Shown: positions 33,853 to 44,122, numbered from the stretch's first letter. The stretch: 64,000 bases of DNA from Vicinamibacteria bacterium (GCA_963422395.1 OY729431.1:1760001-1824000), one strand, 5' to 3'. Numbers and translations are program-made. Notes: generated by a model not told the origin, from the sequence alone.

Positions 33853-36093
33853 GTGCCGCCCGCCTCCGAGAAACCCACGCCGCCGCTGATTCCGCGCGAG
33901 CTCTCGCAGCTCGCCTTCAACGCCCGGGTTCTCCAGGAAGCCCGCGACCGGACCGTGCCGCTGCTCGAACGGCTTCGCTTCCTCGGGATCTTCTCGAGCA
34001 ACCAGGACGAGTACTACCGGGTCCATGTAGCCACCCTGCAGCGCCGCCAACGGTTCCGCTCCCATCCGCGGGAACTCGGCGAGAACGACCCCGCCGCCCT
34101 CCTCGCCGAGATCCAGCGTCGAATCCTCCGCGACCAGTCCATCTTCCTCGAGACCTACGCCGGGGTGCTTCAGGAGCTCGAGGACCACGGGATCCACATC
34201 GTCACCGATGCCGATCTCGACGACACCCAGAGCGACTTCGTTCGCGAGTTCTTCACCCACGAAGTGCGCCCGCACCTCACCCCGATCATGCTGCGGCCGA
34301 ACGGCCCGATGCTGCACCTCGACGAGCGGGACATCTACCTCGCAGTGCGGGTGGTCCGCGCCGGCCGCCGCCGGCCCCTCTTCGCCATCGTGGACATCCC
34401 CACCCGGGCGGCCCCGCGTTTCGTGCGGGTTCCAGGAGCCGGGAAATCCAGCACGATCATCCTGCTCGAAGATGTGATCCGCCGCCACCTGCCGGATGTC
34501 TTCTCGATCTTCCGGGCCGAAGCCACGGCGGCGTTCGTGGTCAAGTTGACCCGCGACGCGGGGCTCGATCTCGACCGCAGCCCGAAGGACAGCTTCCTCA
34601 AGAAAGTGGAGAAGAGCGTCTTGCGGCGGCGCACCGCCTCGCTCGTGCGCTTCGTGTACGACGAAGCGATGCCCGCCGACCTCCTCGGCGTGCTCTGCCG
34701 CAGCTTGCGGATCCACGACGAGAGCGTGCTGGTCCCCGGCGGCCGGCATCACAACTTCAAGGACTTCATCGGTTTTCCCAAGCTCCGGAAAGATCTGCGC
34801 TACCGGCCCCGGCCAGCTCTCGGGCTGCCCGAGGTCGATCGAGAACGATCCGTGCTGCGGGCCATGCGGCGGCGAGATCTCCTGATACAGACCCCGTACC
34901 AGCGCTTCTCGTACCTGATCGATCTGCTCCGAGAAGCCGCGATCGATCCCAAGGTCACCCGCATCTCGCTGACCATGTACCGCGTCGCCGGCAATTCCGG
35001 AGTGGTGGGCGCGCTGGTGGCGGCGGCCCGGAACGGAAAGCGGGTTACCGCGGTCGTCGAGCTCACCGCGCGCTTCGACGAGTCCACGAACATCGCGTTC
35101 ACCGATGTCCTCAGCCGCGAGGGCGTTCGGGTGCTCTTCGGGCCCGAGGAACTGAAGATCCACGCCAAGATGGGGCTGATCGAACGGCGCGAGCACGGGC
35201 GGCGGACGCTCTACGGTTTCGTCGGGACCGGCAACCTGAACGAGGACACCGCGCGCCTCTACGCAGATCACTTCCTGCTCACCACCCACGAGGGCATCTG
35301 CCGCGATCTGGCCCGGCTGTTCCGGGTCATCCGCCGCCCCTACGAATCGCGGGAGACGGAGCACCTGCTGGTGTCCCCCTGGACGATGGCGCCGGGCATC
35401 GCCGCCCTGATCCGCGCCGAGACCGAACGCGCCCGCCGCGGGGCGCCGGCCCGGATCGAGGTGAAAGTGAACAACCTGACCGACCCGGAGACCATAGCGC
35501 TCCTGCGCGAAGCGGCCGAGGCCGGCGTCGAGATTCGCCTCATCGTCCGCGGCACCTTCTCCATGCCCACCGACGGACTGGGCCGGAAGACGCCATTGCG
35601 CGCGATATCCATCGTGGACCGCTATCTGGAGCACTCGCGGATCCTGGTGTTCGGAAACGGCGGCGACCCCCTCTATTACGGCTCCTCTGCCGACTGGATG
35701 CCGCGCAACTTCGAGCGGCGGATCGAAATCGCCTTCCCGATCTACGATCCGCGGATCAAGGCGCAGCTCCGCCGCTATCTCGACCTCCAGTGGGCGGACA
35801 ACGCGAAGGCCCGCCTCCACGACGGCCTCGGACGCAACGAGCGGGCTCCGGCAGGGACCCCGAGGCGGGTGGCACAGGAATCCATCTACCGCTGGCTTTT
35901 GGGCGGCGGCGAGGTGGATTGCGCGGAGGCGGCTGGAGGAACCCGGGCCGAGGGAATGGGGACGGCGGCTCAGGAAGCGGCAGTGCTCCCGCTCCCGGTA
36001 GCCGTTCCGCCCTCGGCACCGTCCGATGCGGTCTCCACCCCGCCGCTGAGGAGCAGCGCCCCGAGCGCCCCGCCGCCGTCGAGCCGCGCGTAG
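33853..36093 (+). CDS. ppk1: Polyphosphate kinase 1
   Basis: RELSQLAFNARVLQEA, VELTARFDE, LKIHAK, SIVDRYLEHSR and SSADWMPRN motifs. Confidence 0.95.
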   Translation: MPPASEKPTPPLIPRELSQLAFNARVLQEARDRTVPLLERLRFLGIFSSNQDEYYRVHVATLQRRQRFRSHPRELGENDPAALLAEIQRRILRDQSIFLETYAGVLQELEDHGIHIVTDADLDDTQSDFVREFFTHEVRPHLTPIMLRPNGPMLHLDERDIYLAVRVVRAGRRRPLFAIVDIPTRAAPRFVRVPGAGKSSTIILLEDVIRRHLPDVFSIFRAEATAAFVVKLTRDAGLDLDRSPKDSFLKKVEKSVLRRRTASLVRFVYDEAMPADLLGVLCRSLRIHDESVLVPGGRHHNFKDFIGFPKLRKDLRYRPRPALGLPEVDRERSVLRAMRRRDLLIQTPYQRFSYLIDLLREAAIDPKVTRISLTMYRVAGNSGVVGALVAAARNGKRVTAVVELTARFDESTNIAFTDVLSREGVRVLFGPEELKIHAKMGLIERREHGRRTLYGFVGTGNLNEDTARLYADHFLLTTHEGICRDLARLFRVIRRPYESRETEHLLVSPWTMAPGIAALIRAETERARRGAPARIEVKVNNLTDPETIALLREAAEAGVEIRLIVRGTFSMPTDGLGRKTPLRAISIVDRYLEHSRILVFGNGGDPLYYGSSADWMPRNFERRIEIAFPIYDPRIKAQLRRYLDLQWADNAKARLHDGLGRNERAPAGTPRRVAQESIYRWLLGGGEVDCAEAAGGTRAEGMGTAAQEAAVLPLPVAVPPSAPSDAVSTPPLRSSAPSAPPPSSRA

Positions 36094-37064
36094 GCCGCTG
36101 CCGCCTCCGAAAGCGGCCAGCGGTGGGTTACGAGGCCGTCGAGCGGAACGCCGCGGAGCAGCGACCAGGCGAGTTCCCGCCTCCGGCCGACACTCCACGA
36201 AGGCTCGAGCGGCGGCAGGCGGCTCACCTGGCTCGACCGGATTCGAATGCGCCCCCGGTGGAACCAGCTGCCGAGGTCGAGAGACGTCGGCCCGCCGGCG
36301 AGCCAGGAGCCGGCGATCACCCGGCCCTCGCGGGCAGCGAGCCCGACCGCCAGATCGAGCCCGGCGCCGGTGCCGGAAACCTCGAACACCAGTTCGGCGC
36401 CCGTCCCGCCGGACTCCTGCCGAACCGCCTCCGCCGCCTCCGCCGGAGGCACCGAGCGGGCGGCTCCGAAGGCGAGAGAACGCTCCCGCCGGGCCGGAGA
36501 CGGCTCGACGGTCCAGAGCCCGCCGAGCGGGAACCGCGAAAGCAGTGAGAGGAGCGCGAGGCCGAGCATCCCCTGCCCCACCACCGCCACTCGCTCGCCG
36601 ATCCGGGGAACTCCGTCGAGAAGCAGGTTCACCGCGGTTTCGAGATAGGGGAAGAGAGCGGCGCGCTCGTCGGAAATCCCGACAGGAACCCGCAGGAGCT
36701 CCCCCGCCGGAGCGCAGAAGGCGCTCTCGTGGGGGGTGAAGGCGAAGACCCGCTCGCCGACGCCGGGCGCACCCTCCGGGATCTCCGGCCCCGAGCCGTC
36801 CACGACCCCCGCTGAGGCGTAGCCATATTGGAAGGGGTATCCGAAGCCGCCCTCCGCGAGCGCACCGAGGGTCTCGTCCCTTCCGAGTGCCGGGTCGAGC
36901 TGTCCGCGGTAGGCGGCGAGTTCGGTCCCGACGCTGATCGCCGAAACGCGCGTGCGCACCCGGAGTTCGCCCGGACCCGGCTCGGGTTCCGGTCCGCGGC
37001 GGACCCGGACCCGGCGGGGGGCCTCGAACCAGACGGAGAGCCGAGGACGGCGCGCATCGGACAC
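35970..37064 (-). CDS. MDR/zinc-ADH-like dehydrogenase
   Basis: SAISVGTE, YGYASAG, ETAVN and VVGQGMLG motifs. Confidence 0.8.
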   Translation of the reverse strand: MSDARRPRLSVWFEAPRRVRVRRGPEPEPGPGELRVRTRVSAISVGTELAAYRGQLDPALGRDETLGALAEGGFGYPFQYGYASAGVVDGSGPEIPEGAPGVGERVFAFTPHESAFCAPAGELLRVPVGISDERAALFPYLETAVNLLLDGVPRIGERVAVVGQGMLGLALLSLLSRFPLGGLWTVEPSPARRERSLAFGAARSVPPAEAAEAVRQESGGTGAELVFEVSGTGAGLDLAVGLAAREGRVIAGSWLAGGPTSLDLGSWFHRGRIRIRSSQVSRLPPLEPSWSVGRRRELAWSLLRGVPLDGLVTHRWPLSEAAAAYARLDGGGALGALLLSGGVETASDGAEGGTATGSGSTAAS

Positions 37065-37069
37065 CGGAA

Positions 37070-37894
37070 TCAGGAGGTGCGCGGTCTACCGCCGACGTGT
37101 TTTCGCCGGTTCGCAGGATTCGGCCTGCCAGCGAAATTCGGAATGCCGGCGAACACCAGATCGTCCTCGAAGCGCGCCCAGGAGAGCCCGGTGAGCTCCA
37201 CCGGCGCCCCCACCCGCGAAAGCGCCGGCTCGCCGCCGACGAGCCGCGGCGCCACCGTGATCACCACCAGATCGGCGAGGCGCTCGGCGAAGAGCGAGGT
37301 CAGCACCTCGCCGCCGCCCTCGACCAGGAGGCGCCGCACTCCCCGCCGATAGAGGGCGCGCATCAGCGTGCAGAGCGGCACCCGGCCGTCCTGGGGCGGG
37401 AAACGGAGCACCCGAACGCCGCGATCTCCGAGGCGCGCCTCCCGATCCGCGGCTGCCTCCGTGATGGCGGCCACCAGCGGCTCCCGACCGGGGCGGCGCC
37501 CTCCTTCCGGCTGCTGGAGCAGCCGGGCGGAAAGCGGGAGGCGGAGCCGGCTGTCGAGCACGACCGGCGCCGGGCTCTCACCAGCAGTGAGCCGCACATC
37601 GAGGCGAGGGTCGTCAGCGAGCACGGTGCCGATGCCGACCAGAATCGCATCGTGGCTGGCCCGGAGGCGGTGCGTCAGGCCGAGAGAGCCCGATCCGCTG
37701 AGCCGGAGCGGTTTCCCAGGATCGGCCGCGATCGAGCCGTCGAGGCTCTCGGCGTAGCTGACGGTGATCGCGGGCTGCCTCGAAAGGGCGCCGGGGAGCT
37801 CGGTGAGTCGGGCGATGAACGCCTGCTGCGCTTGGGAGAGGAGGTCCTCCCAGGCGGAGGCGGCGGGCTTTCCGGGAGCGGCGCCCCCACTCAT
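37070..37894 (-). CDS. RibD C-terminal reductase-domain protein
   Basis: YAESLDGSIA, HRLRASHDAILVGIGTVLADDPRL, LLVEGG motifs. Confidence 0.88.
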   Translation of the reverse strand: MSGGAAPGKPAASAWEDLLSQAQQAFIARLTELPGALSRQPAITVSYAESLDGSIAADPGKPLRLSGSGSLGLTHRLRASHDAILVGIGTVLADDPRLDVRLTAGESPAPVVLDSRLRLPLSARLLQQPEGGRRPGREPLVAAITEAAADREARLGDRGVRVLRFPPQDGRVPLCTLMRALYRRGVRRLLVEGGGEVLTSLFAERLADLVVITVAPRLVGGEPALSRVGAPVELTGLSWARFEDDLVFAGIPNFAGRPNPANRRKHVGGRPRTS

Positions 37895-40269
37895 CGGCGG
37901 CCGGCCACCGCCCGCTCCGGATCCGGATCCGGATCCGGATCTGCGGGAGACTGCCGCCGAATTCCGATGTCGTCGAGCACTACCTCTCCGAGGGTCTCGG
38001 GATCGAAGCGGAACTGCACTCCGGTGAGCACCGGGGCGGCGGCCTCCGCGGCTTCCGGGTTATCGGCGGCAGACGGGAGCAGCCGCGCCGCGGGGAACGC
38101 CGGAGCGGCGGCCTCCACAGCTTCCGGAGTTTCGAGGACAGGCGGGAGCAGCCGCGCCGCGGGAATGGCGATGGTCTGCGGAATTTCCTCGACGGTGCGT
38201 CGGTAGCGCTGCCGGTCCATCCGCTCCGATTTGAGAAAGCGGACCTCGAAGGGCGGCTCGGGAGACAGGGCGTCGGCGACGGAGAACTCCCGGCCCTCGC
38301 GGTCTCCGAAGCGGAGCTGCACGGTCATCCCCAGCGGCGGGCGCGTCCAGAAGCCGTCGTCGGGGGGTGGCTCGGGGGCGCGGGGGTTCCAGACCACCGA
38401 GAGCACGAAGTCGTCCTCCGGGGCGAGTTCGACCGGCTCGGCGAGGCCGATCTCGTAGGCCGGTCGGGACCCGCCTCCCTCTCCCGGCGCCACCCGGAGG
38501 CGAACCGCCGAAGTCCCGGCCTTCGAGCCGTCGCGGAAATGGACCTCCTCCTCGCTCCAGCCGGCGAAACCTGACGCGGTGATCGTGGAGCCGGCCGCGG
38601 TCGCAGTGCGCACATCCAGATCCTCTTCGTATCCTGCGAGGATTTCGGTGAGCGAGTCCCGGTACTGGTTCTGGTAGAGCGTCTCGGGCAAGAAGGCGGA
38701 GCCCGCCCGCCAGTCCCGGAGCAGCGGCAGGAAGCGGCGCTCCCCGAGGAGCGTCGCCCGCAGGAAGGCCGAGACATAGACCGCGGCCGCCCGCTGCTGA
38801 TCGGAGGCTGGGATCAGGGGGGCCCGGTTCAGCCACCAGACTCCCGGGAGACCGGAATCCATCCCCCAAGTGGTGTTGAACTGCCCGTGGTTGCCCCGAT
38901 GGAATACCACCCCGGCCTTGATTCGGAACGGAAGCGCCGCCCGCGGCGGCGCCCCGGCCGCGGAAAATCGGGTGCGGTGGAACTGCCGGAGGCCGTGGAA
39001 ACTCGGCTCGTCGGTGTCGTACGAGCCCTGGATCGCCAAGAAGTTGATGTCTTCGAGCACGATGCGCCGCGAATAGCGGCGGTCGATCTGGGCGATGGCG
39101 ACCACCGATTCGATCCCGAACCCGTAGTCGAAAGCGAAGCCGGTGTCGTCGGGGAAGTGATCGAGGGCGTTGAAGGCGGCGGCGATCGCGGCGGCCTCGC
39201 CGCCCCGGGAATGCCCGAGGAGCGCCACCCGGTCGAGGTCGAGCCGGTTGAAGACCGGAGTGCGGGGGTTGCGGTTCCAGTCCCGGAAGAGGCGCAGATG
39301 CTCCAGCAGCAGGATGGCGCGCGCCGGCATCTCGCGGCCGCCGAAGTCGCCGGACCAGGCACCGTTCAGGAAATTCGCGTCCACCGAAGCGGCGGCGATT
39401 CCGTGGCTCGCCAGCAGAGTGGTGAGGTACTCGTAGCCGCCGTCCGAGAAGTCCTGCATCCCGTGGTTCCCGTGGACGATGAGCACCAGCGGGCGGAGAT
39501 CGCCGGCTTCCACCTCGGGCAGCTGGAGCCGTCCGTTTCGAGGCGCTTCGGAGATGCCGAAACCCCACCACCATTCCCGGTGGCGAGCCCGGAAACCCCG
39601 CCATTCCGGCAGTACCGGACCGAGGTCCACCGGGTCGGTCTGGAGGTCCACGCCTTCGCCGTACTCGGCGCGGCGCTCGTCGGCGCCGCTGCCGTAGAGC
39701 AGCGAACGCACCCGGTAGGGGCCGGGCCCTGCGGGATCCTCCGTGAGGGCGACCGGCGGCGGCTGGGGTTGCGCGATCGGGTCGCGGGGGAAGGGATCGC
39801 TTCCCGGACTGGCGAGCCAGCCCAGACCGAACACCGCGGCACCCACTCCCGCAGCCAGCAGCAGCAGGCCCCCGATCCGCGCCGAGCCCCGCTTCCACAA
39901 CGCGAGTCCGAGCCCGGCGCCGAGCAGGAACTGGCCGACGAAGACGACGACGAGCAGGCCCGGCAGCAGCGCCCCCGGCCAGCGCAACAGGATCGCGCGA
40001 AGGAGCCAGAAGCTCGCTCCGGCGGCGAACAGCGTCACCAGCACATCCGCGGACAGCCAGTCGGCGATACGTGCCGCGAGCCGGCCGATGCTCACGAAAA
40101 CGCCCAGCGAGATCCAGCCGAGGGCGATGCCGGCGAGTGCCGGAAGGACCCAGCCGGAAAACGCGCCGAAGGCGACCGCAGCGATCGCATGGAGGACGAG
40201 AACGGCGAGCCCGACGGCGACCGCACCGATCGCCAGATACCGCGTCCGAGTCCTCACCAAAGCCTTCAT
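37891..40269 (-). CDS. Membrane-anchored alpha/beta hydrolase
   Basis: N-terminal TM helices; IVHGNH, GHSRGG nucleophile and GNHGQFN motifs. Confidence 0.85.
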   Translation of the reverse strand: MKALVRTRTRYLAIGAVAVGLAVLVLHAIAAVAFGAFSGWVLPALAGIALGWISLGVFVSIGRLAARIADWLSADVLVTLFAAGASFWLLRAILLRWPGALLPGLLVVVFVGQFLLGAGLGLALWKRGSARIGGLLLLAAGVGAAVFGLGWLASPGSDPFPRDPIAQPQPPPVALTEDPAGPGPYRVRSLLYGSGADERRAEYGEGVDLQTDPVDLGPVLPEWRGFRARHREWWWGFGISEAPRNGRLQLPEVEAGDLRPLVLIVHGNHGMQDFSDGGYEYLTTLLASHGIAAASVDANFLNGAWSGDFGGREMPARAILLLEHLRLFRDWNRNPRTPVFNRLDLDRVALLGHSRGGEAAAIAAAFNALDHFPDDTGFAFDYGFGIESVVAIAQIDRRYSRRIVLEDINFLAIQGSYDTDEPSFHGLRQFHRTRFSAAGAPPRAALPFRIKAGVVFHRGNHGQFNTTWGMDSGLPGVWWLNRAPLIPASDQQRAAAVYVSAFLRATLLGERRFLPLLRDWRAGSAFLPETLYQNQYRDSLTEILAGYEEDLDVRTATAAGSTITASGFAGWSEEEVHFRDGSKAGTSAVRLRVAPGEGGGSRPAYEIGLAEPVELAPEDDFVLSVVWNPRAPEPPPDDGFWTRPPLGMTVQLRFGDREGREFSVADALSPEPPFEVRFLKSERMDRQRYRRTVEEIPQTIAIPAARLLPPVLETPEAVEAAAPAFPAARLLPSAADNPEAAEAAAPVLTGVQFRFDPETLGEVVLDDIGIRRQSPADPDPDPDPERAVAGRR

Positions 40270-40653
40270 TCAGCCGGATCCCCCGCGCAGGTAGGCGTCG
40301 GTTCCGTCCAGCCAGTCCTGCCGGGGAGGAGCGAAGATGTCCACATCGAGGGTGTCCTCGAGCGCGAGAGCCTTGTGGGGCACCCAAGATGGCAGGACGA
40401 GCACCTCGCCGGCCCGGACATCGATCGGTTCGGAGTTCTCGTCGCGGATCCAGAAGCGGAGGACTCCCTCGAGCACATAGGTGATCTGCTCGTTCTCGTG
40501 GGAGTGCATCGGCACCACCGCGCCCTTGTCGAGATAGACATGGGTGAGCATGGCGCGTTCGCCGGTGATCAGCCGCCGGGTGAGCCGGTCGTTCAACCGC
40601 TCTTTTTCCATGTCTTCCCAGCGGATGTGCCGGACCTCGTTCTTGGCAGTCAC
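40270..40653 (-). CDS. Cupin-domain protein
   Basis: PMHSHENEQITYVLEG...PSWVPH...DIFAPPRQDW; GTG start. Confidence 0.88.
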   Translation of the reverse strand: MTAKNEVRHIRWEDMEKERLNDRLTRRLITGERAMLTHVYLDKGAVVPMHSHENEQITYVLEGVLRFWIRDENSEPIDVRAGEVLVLPSWVPHKALALEDTLDVDIFAPPRQDWLDGTDAYLRGGSG

Positions 40654-40729
40654 GGGACGCTCCCTTTCCCCCCGAACCGGGCGGAATCCGATGATACCCG
40701 GCGGTGAGGGCTCCGGTGGTGAGGACCGC

Positions 40730-41101
40730 TCAGGTCCAGTAGCCGACGAAGAGGCCGAGAGCGGCACCCACTGCGCCGACGACGGCCGGAAAGGCGGCCA
40801 AAGCGGCGAGCGTTCGCGCCAGGAGTCCCGGAGGGCCGGGCCAGAACAGGACCGCGCCCTGCGTCAGGATCGTGCCGCCGAGGGCAGCCTCGGCGACACT
40901 CGGAAAAGCGCAGAGGGGGCAATCGGGGGGGCCCGGGATCTGGATGTTGCAAAACGCCGCGCCGCCGGCCCCCGCCGACACGCAGCCGCAACCGTAGAGC
41001 AGGGCGCAATACTCGAAGAAGAAGGCGCCCGCCACCGAGGCTGACGCGAGCAGGACTGCGAGCCTCGGCAGGGCCCCGCGAAGGGGGCGAAGCCATTCCA
41101 T
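40730..41101 (-). CDS. Small Cys-containing membrane protein
   Basis: Hydrophobic segments; CALLYGCGC...FCNI...DCPLC. Confidence 0.55.
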   Translation of the reverse strand: MEWLRPLRGALPRLAVLLASASVAGAFFFEYCALLYGCGCVSAGAGGAAFCNIQIPGPPDCPLCAFPSVAEAALGGTILTQGAVLFWPGPPGLLARTLAALAAFPAVVGAVGAALGLFVGYWT

Positions 41102-41206
41102 TGCCAGAGTGTACGGCGGGCCGGCGGGAGATGAATGGCCGGGTCGGAGCGCCCATCCTCGTCAGCAGCGGGTACCAGGCGGCGGCTCCTCGCATAATTT
41201 CTTTAC

Positions 41207-42058
41207 ATGGACCTGAGCCGGCGACGGGCTTCCCTCCTGCTGGCGTCGCCCGCGCTGCTCGCAGTCGCACTCGCTGCCGCCGTCCCGATCGGGGTTCTGT
41301 TTCGAGTGGCGCTCTTCCCTCCCGGTCCGCTGGCACCCCTCGCAGGCGGTCCCGAAGCCGGTTCCTTCGCCGCCCTCCTCGACCCTCCGTTCCCGGAAGC
41401 GGCGATGCAGACGGCGCGGCTCGCGCTCCTGACCACGGTGCTGACGGCGCTGCTCGCCTTTCCCGCGGCGGTCTTCCTCTCGCGTTCTCGCGGACTCTTC
41501 CGCCGCGCCCAGAGGCTCCTCGTCATGACTGCGTTGCTGATGTCCCCGGTAGTGCATGCCTACGGATGGATGCTGATCCTCGGACCGGAAGGGTTTCCCG
41601 GGGCAACGCTCCGCCGCGCCGGCATGCTTTCCCCAGAAGCCGCGAGCCTCGTCACCCTCACCGCATCGTTCCTGCCGTTCATGATCCTGGCGCTTACGGC
41701 GAGCCTCGACCGGGTGGATCCCACCCTCGCGGAGGCCTCCCGCGGGCTGGGCGCGCCGCCGGCTTCCACATTCTTCCGGGTCACCTTTCCGCTCGTCCTG
41801 CCCGGGCTTCTCGCCGGCGCCGGCTTCGTGATGGTGGGCAGCCTTTCCGCCTATGCTGTCCCGGCGCTGCTCGGCGACCCGGCGTCACCCGCCTTCGTGG
41901 TGGAGATCTATGAACGGACCGCTGTCTCCCTCGACTGGCCCACCGCGGCGGCGGCCTCTCTCGCGCTGCTGCTCTCGGCCATGCTGCTTCTGACTGCGGC
42001 GGCGCTGCTCTCCCGCAGAGATGGCGCCCGAACCGCAGCCGGCGGAACGGCGGCATGA
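41207..42058 (+). CDS. ABC transporter permease (PotB-like)
   Basis: EAA loop LAEASRGLGA; FRVTFPL.LPG. Confidence 0.88.
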   Translation: MDLSRRRASLLLASPALLAVALAAAVPIGVLFRVALFPPGPLAPLAGGPEAGSFAALLDPPFPEAAMQTARLALLTTVLTALLAFPAAVFLSRSRGLFRRAQRLLVMTALLMSPVVHAYGWMLILGPEGFPGATLRRAGMLSPEAASLVTLTASFLPFMILALTASLDRVDPTLAEASRGLGAPPASTFFRVTFPLVLPGLLAGAGFVMVGSLSAYAVPALLGDPASPAFVVEIYERTAVSLDWPTAAAASLALLLSAMLLLTAAALLSRRDGARTAAGGTAA

Positions 42059-42930
42059 AACACCTCGGAATTCGCTCCGCCGGACGCGGCGCGATGAGGT
42101 TTGCGATCGGGGCGGCGGCGGGAATCGTCTGGTTGCTGCTGCTGCTCCCGATGCTGGCGCTCGCTGCCTCCTCGCTGGGCTTCCCCGTACCCGGAAGCCC
42201 GACTGCCGAAGGAGTCGGTCTGCGCAACTACGCGTCTCTCCCCGGCGAGCCGCGTCTGCTCGCCGCCCTCGGTACCAGCGCGGTGCTCGGCGTGCTGGCG
42301 GCGGGAGCGGCACTGGTGCTGGGAATCCCCGCTGCGCTCGGACTCACGCGGGGGCGCTTTCCCGGGCGGGACGTCGTGCTCGCCGTGCTCCTTTCCCCAC
42401 TGAGCCTTCCCGGCCTCGTGCTCGGGGTCGCTCTCTTGCAGACCGCCGTCCTCCTGGCCGCAGCGACCGGAGTCGAGCTGGCAGGAACCCCGGTCCTGCT
42501 GTTCGCCGCGCATCTCCTCATCACCATCCCCTGGGTAGCCCGCAGCGTGGCCGCTTCTCTCGAAGCGACCGGCGACTCGCAGGGAGGCGCGGCGCTCGAG
42601 GAACAGGCTCGGAGCCTCGGAGCAGGTCCGATCGCCGCGCTGTGGCTGGTCGTCCTGCCGAGCGCCCGTGCCGGGATCGCCGCCGGCGCGCTCACCGCCT
42701 TCGCGATCTCGTTCGGAAACTTCACGCTCTCTCTGCTGCTGGCCGGAGGACGGACGGTGACCCTTCCGGTGGCTATCTACGAGATCGTGCGCGACGGCCC
42801 GGATCCGGCAGCGGCGGCGATGAGCTCGCTCACCATCGCGATGGCCGCGATGACCGCGCTGCTGGCCGACCGGGTCTCCGGGGCCGGGAAGGCGGAGTGC
42901 CGGAGTCCCCAGAGCGGCGGCCCTCGATGA
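42055..42930 (+). CDS. ABC transporter permease (PotC-like)
   Basis: LEEQARSLGA; TLPVAIY. Confidence 0.88.
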   Translation: MKHLGIRSAGRGAMRFAIGAAAGIVWLLLLLPMLALAASSLGFPVPGSPTAEGVGLRNYASLPGEPRLLAALGTSAVLGVLAAGAALVLGIPAALGLTRGRFPGRDVVLAVLLSPLSLPGLVLGVALLQTAVLLAAATGVELAGTPVLLFAAHLLITIPWVARSVAASLEATGDSQGGAALEEQARSLGAGPIAALWLVVLPSARAGIAAGALTAFAISFGNFTLSLLLAGGRTVTLPVAIYEIVRDGPDPAAAAMSSLTIAMAAMTALLADRVSGAGKAECRSPQSGGPR

Positions 42931-44021
42931 ACCTGCGCCGAGCAGGGCTCGCACTCGCGGAGCTCGAAAAACACTTCGGAGCCCGCGAGGCGATCTCCGG
43001 AGCGACTCTCTCCGTGGAGAGCGGCGAGCTGGCGGCACTCCTGGGCGCGAGCGGGGCGGGCAAGACCACGATCCTCCGCCTGATCGCGGGCCATCTCGAC
43101 CCGGATGGGGGAGAGATCTGGATCGGCGGGAAATCCATGGAAGGCGTGCCGCCGGAACAGCGGAATGTGGGCATGGTCTTCCAGTCTCCGGCGCTCTTTC
43201 CGCACCTCACCGTCCGGCGCAATGTCTCCTTCGGGCCGGCGCGGCGCGGCGCGGCACGCGCCGAGGCCGCCGCGCTCGCGGGCGAGATGCTGGACCTGCT
43301 CGACCTCGGTGCACTCGCCGACCGCTATCCCCGCCAGCTCTCCGGCGGCGAGCAGCAAAGGGTCGCAGTGGCCCGGGCGCTCGCCCTCCGGCCCGAGGCG
43401 CTGCTGCTCGACGAGCCGCTCTCCGGGCTCGACCCCGCCTACCGCCGCGAGCTCCGGGGACGCCTCCGGGAGCTGCAGCGCGCGTCCGGGGCGACGACGG
43501 TCTGGGTGACCCACGACCAGGAAGAAGCGTTGAGCGTGGCGGATCGAGTCGCGGTGCTCGGTGAGGGACGGATCCAGCAATTCGCCGCCCCGCTCGAACT
43601 GCACACCCGCCCGGCGAACGGATTCGTCGCCCGCTTCGTCGGCAAGATGAACCTGCTCGCCGCGGTGCGGGACCCCGCCCGGGCGAACGGTTTTCGACTG
43701 CGCGGCGGCCCCTCGGTGCTCGCCGCCGCCGACAGTCTGCCGTCCGACCAGAGTGCTCCCCAAGCACCGGCCACGCTCGGCATCCGCCCGGAGGCGGTGC
43801 TGATCGGCCACCTGCCCCCCTCGCCCGGATTCAACACCGCGGGCGCGGTCGTGCGCCGCATCGGGTTTCTCGGCGACCGTCTCGAAATCGAGCTGGAGAT
43901 CGAGGGCGGGCAGCTCCTCACGGCCCGCGGCAACACCCTCTTCCAGAACCTCGCCCGCGAGGGCGACCGGGTGCGCACCCACTGGCCGGTCGCCGATACC
44001 CGATTCCTGGAATCAGCCTGA
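42927..44021 (+). CDS. ABC transporter ATP-binding protein (PotA-like, TOBE domain)
   Basis: GASGAGKT, LSGGEQQR, LLLDEP, VTHDQEEA; ATGA overlap start at 42927. Confidence 0.92.
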   Translation: MNLRRAGLALAELEKHFGAREAISGATLSVESGELAALLGASGAGKTTILRLIAGHLDPDGGEIWIGGKSMEGVPPEQRNVGMVFQSPALFPHLTVRRNVSFGPARRGAARAEAAALAGEMLDLLDLGALADRYPRQLSGGEQQRVAVARALALRPEALLLDEPLSGLDPAYRRELRGRLRELQRASGATTVWVTHDQEEALSVADRVAVLGEGRIQQFAAPLELHTRPANGFVARFVGKMNLLAAVRDPARANGFRLRGGPSVLAAADSLPSDQSAPQAPATLGIRPEAVLIGHLPPSPGFNTAGAVVRRIGFLGDRLEIELEIEGGQLLTARGNTLFQNLAREGDRVRTHWPVADTRFLESA

Positions 44022-44122
44022 CCGGCTCGCCCCGATGCCGAGTTACGGCCCGCACCATCCGCAAGGGGGCCCGTCAGCAGGTTCCGGCAGCCGGTGCCAG
44101 CGGGCCCTTCAGCTGAGATCGG

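Noticed and set aside
42021-42926. 666-aa ABC ATPase
   Set aside because: The extension overlaps the permease gene; the true start is 42927.
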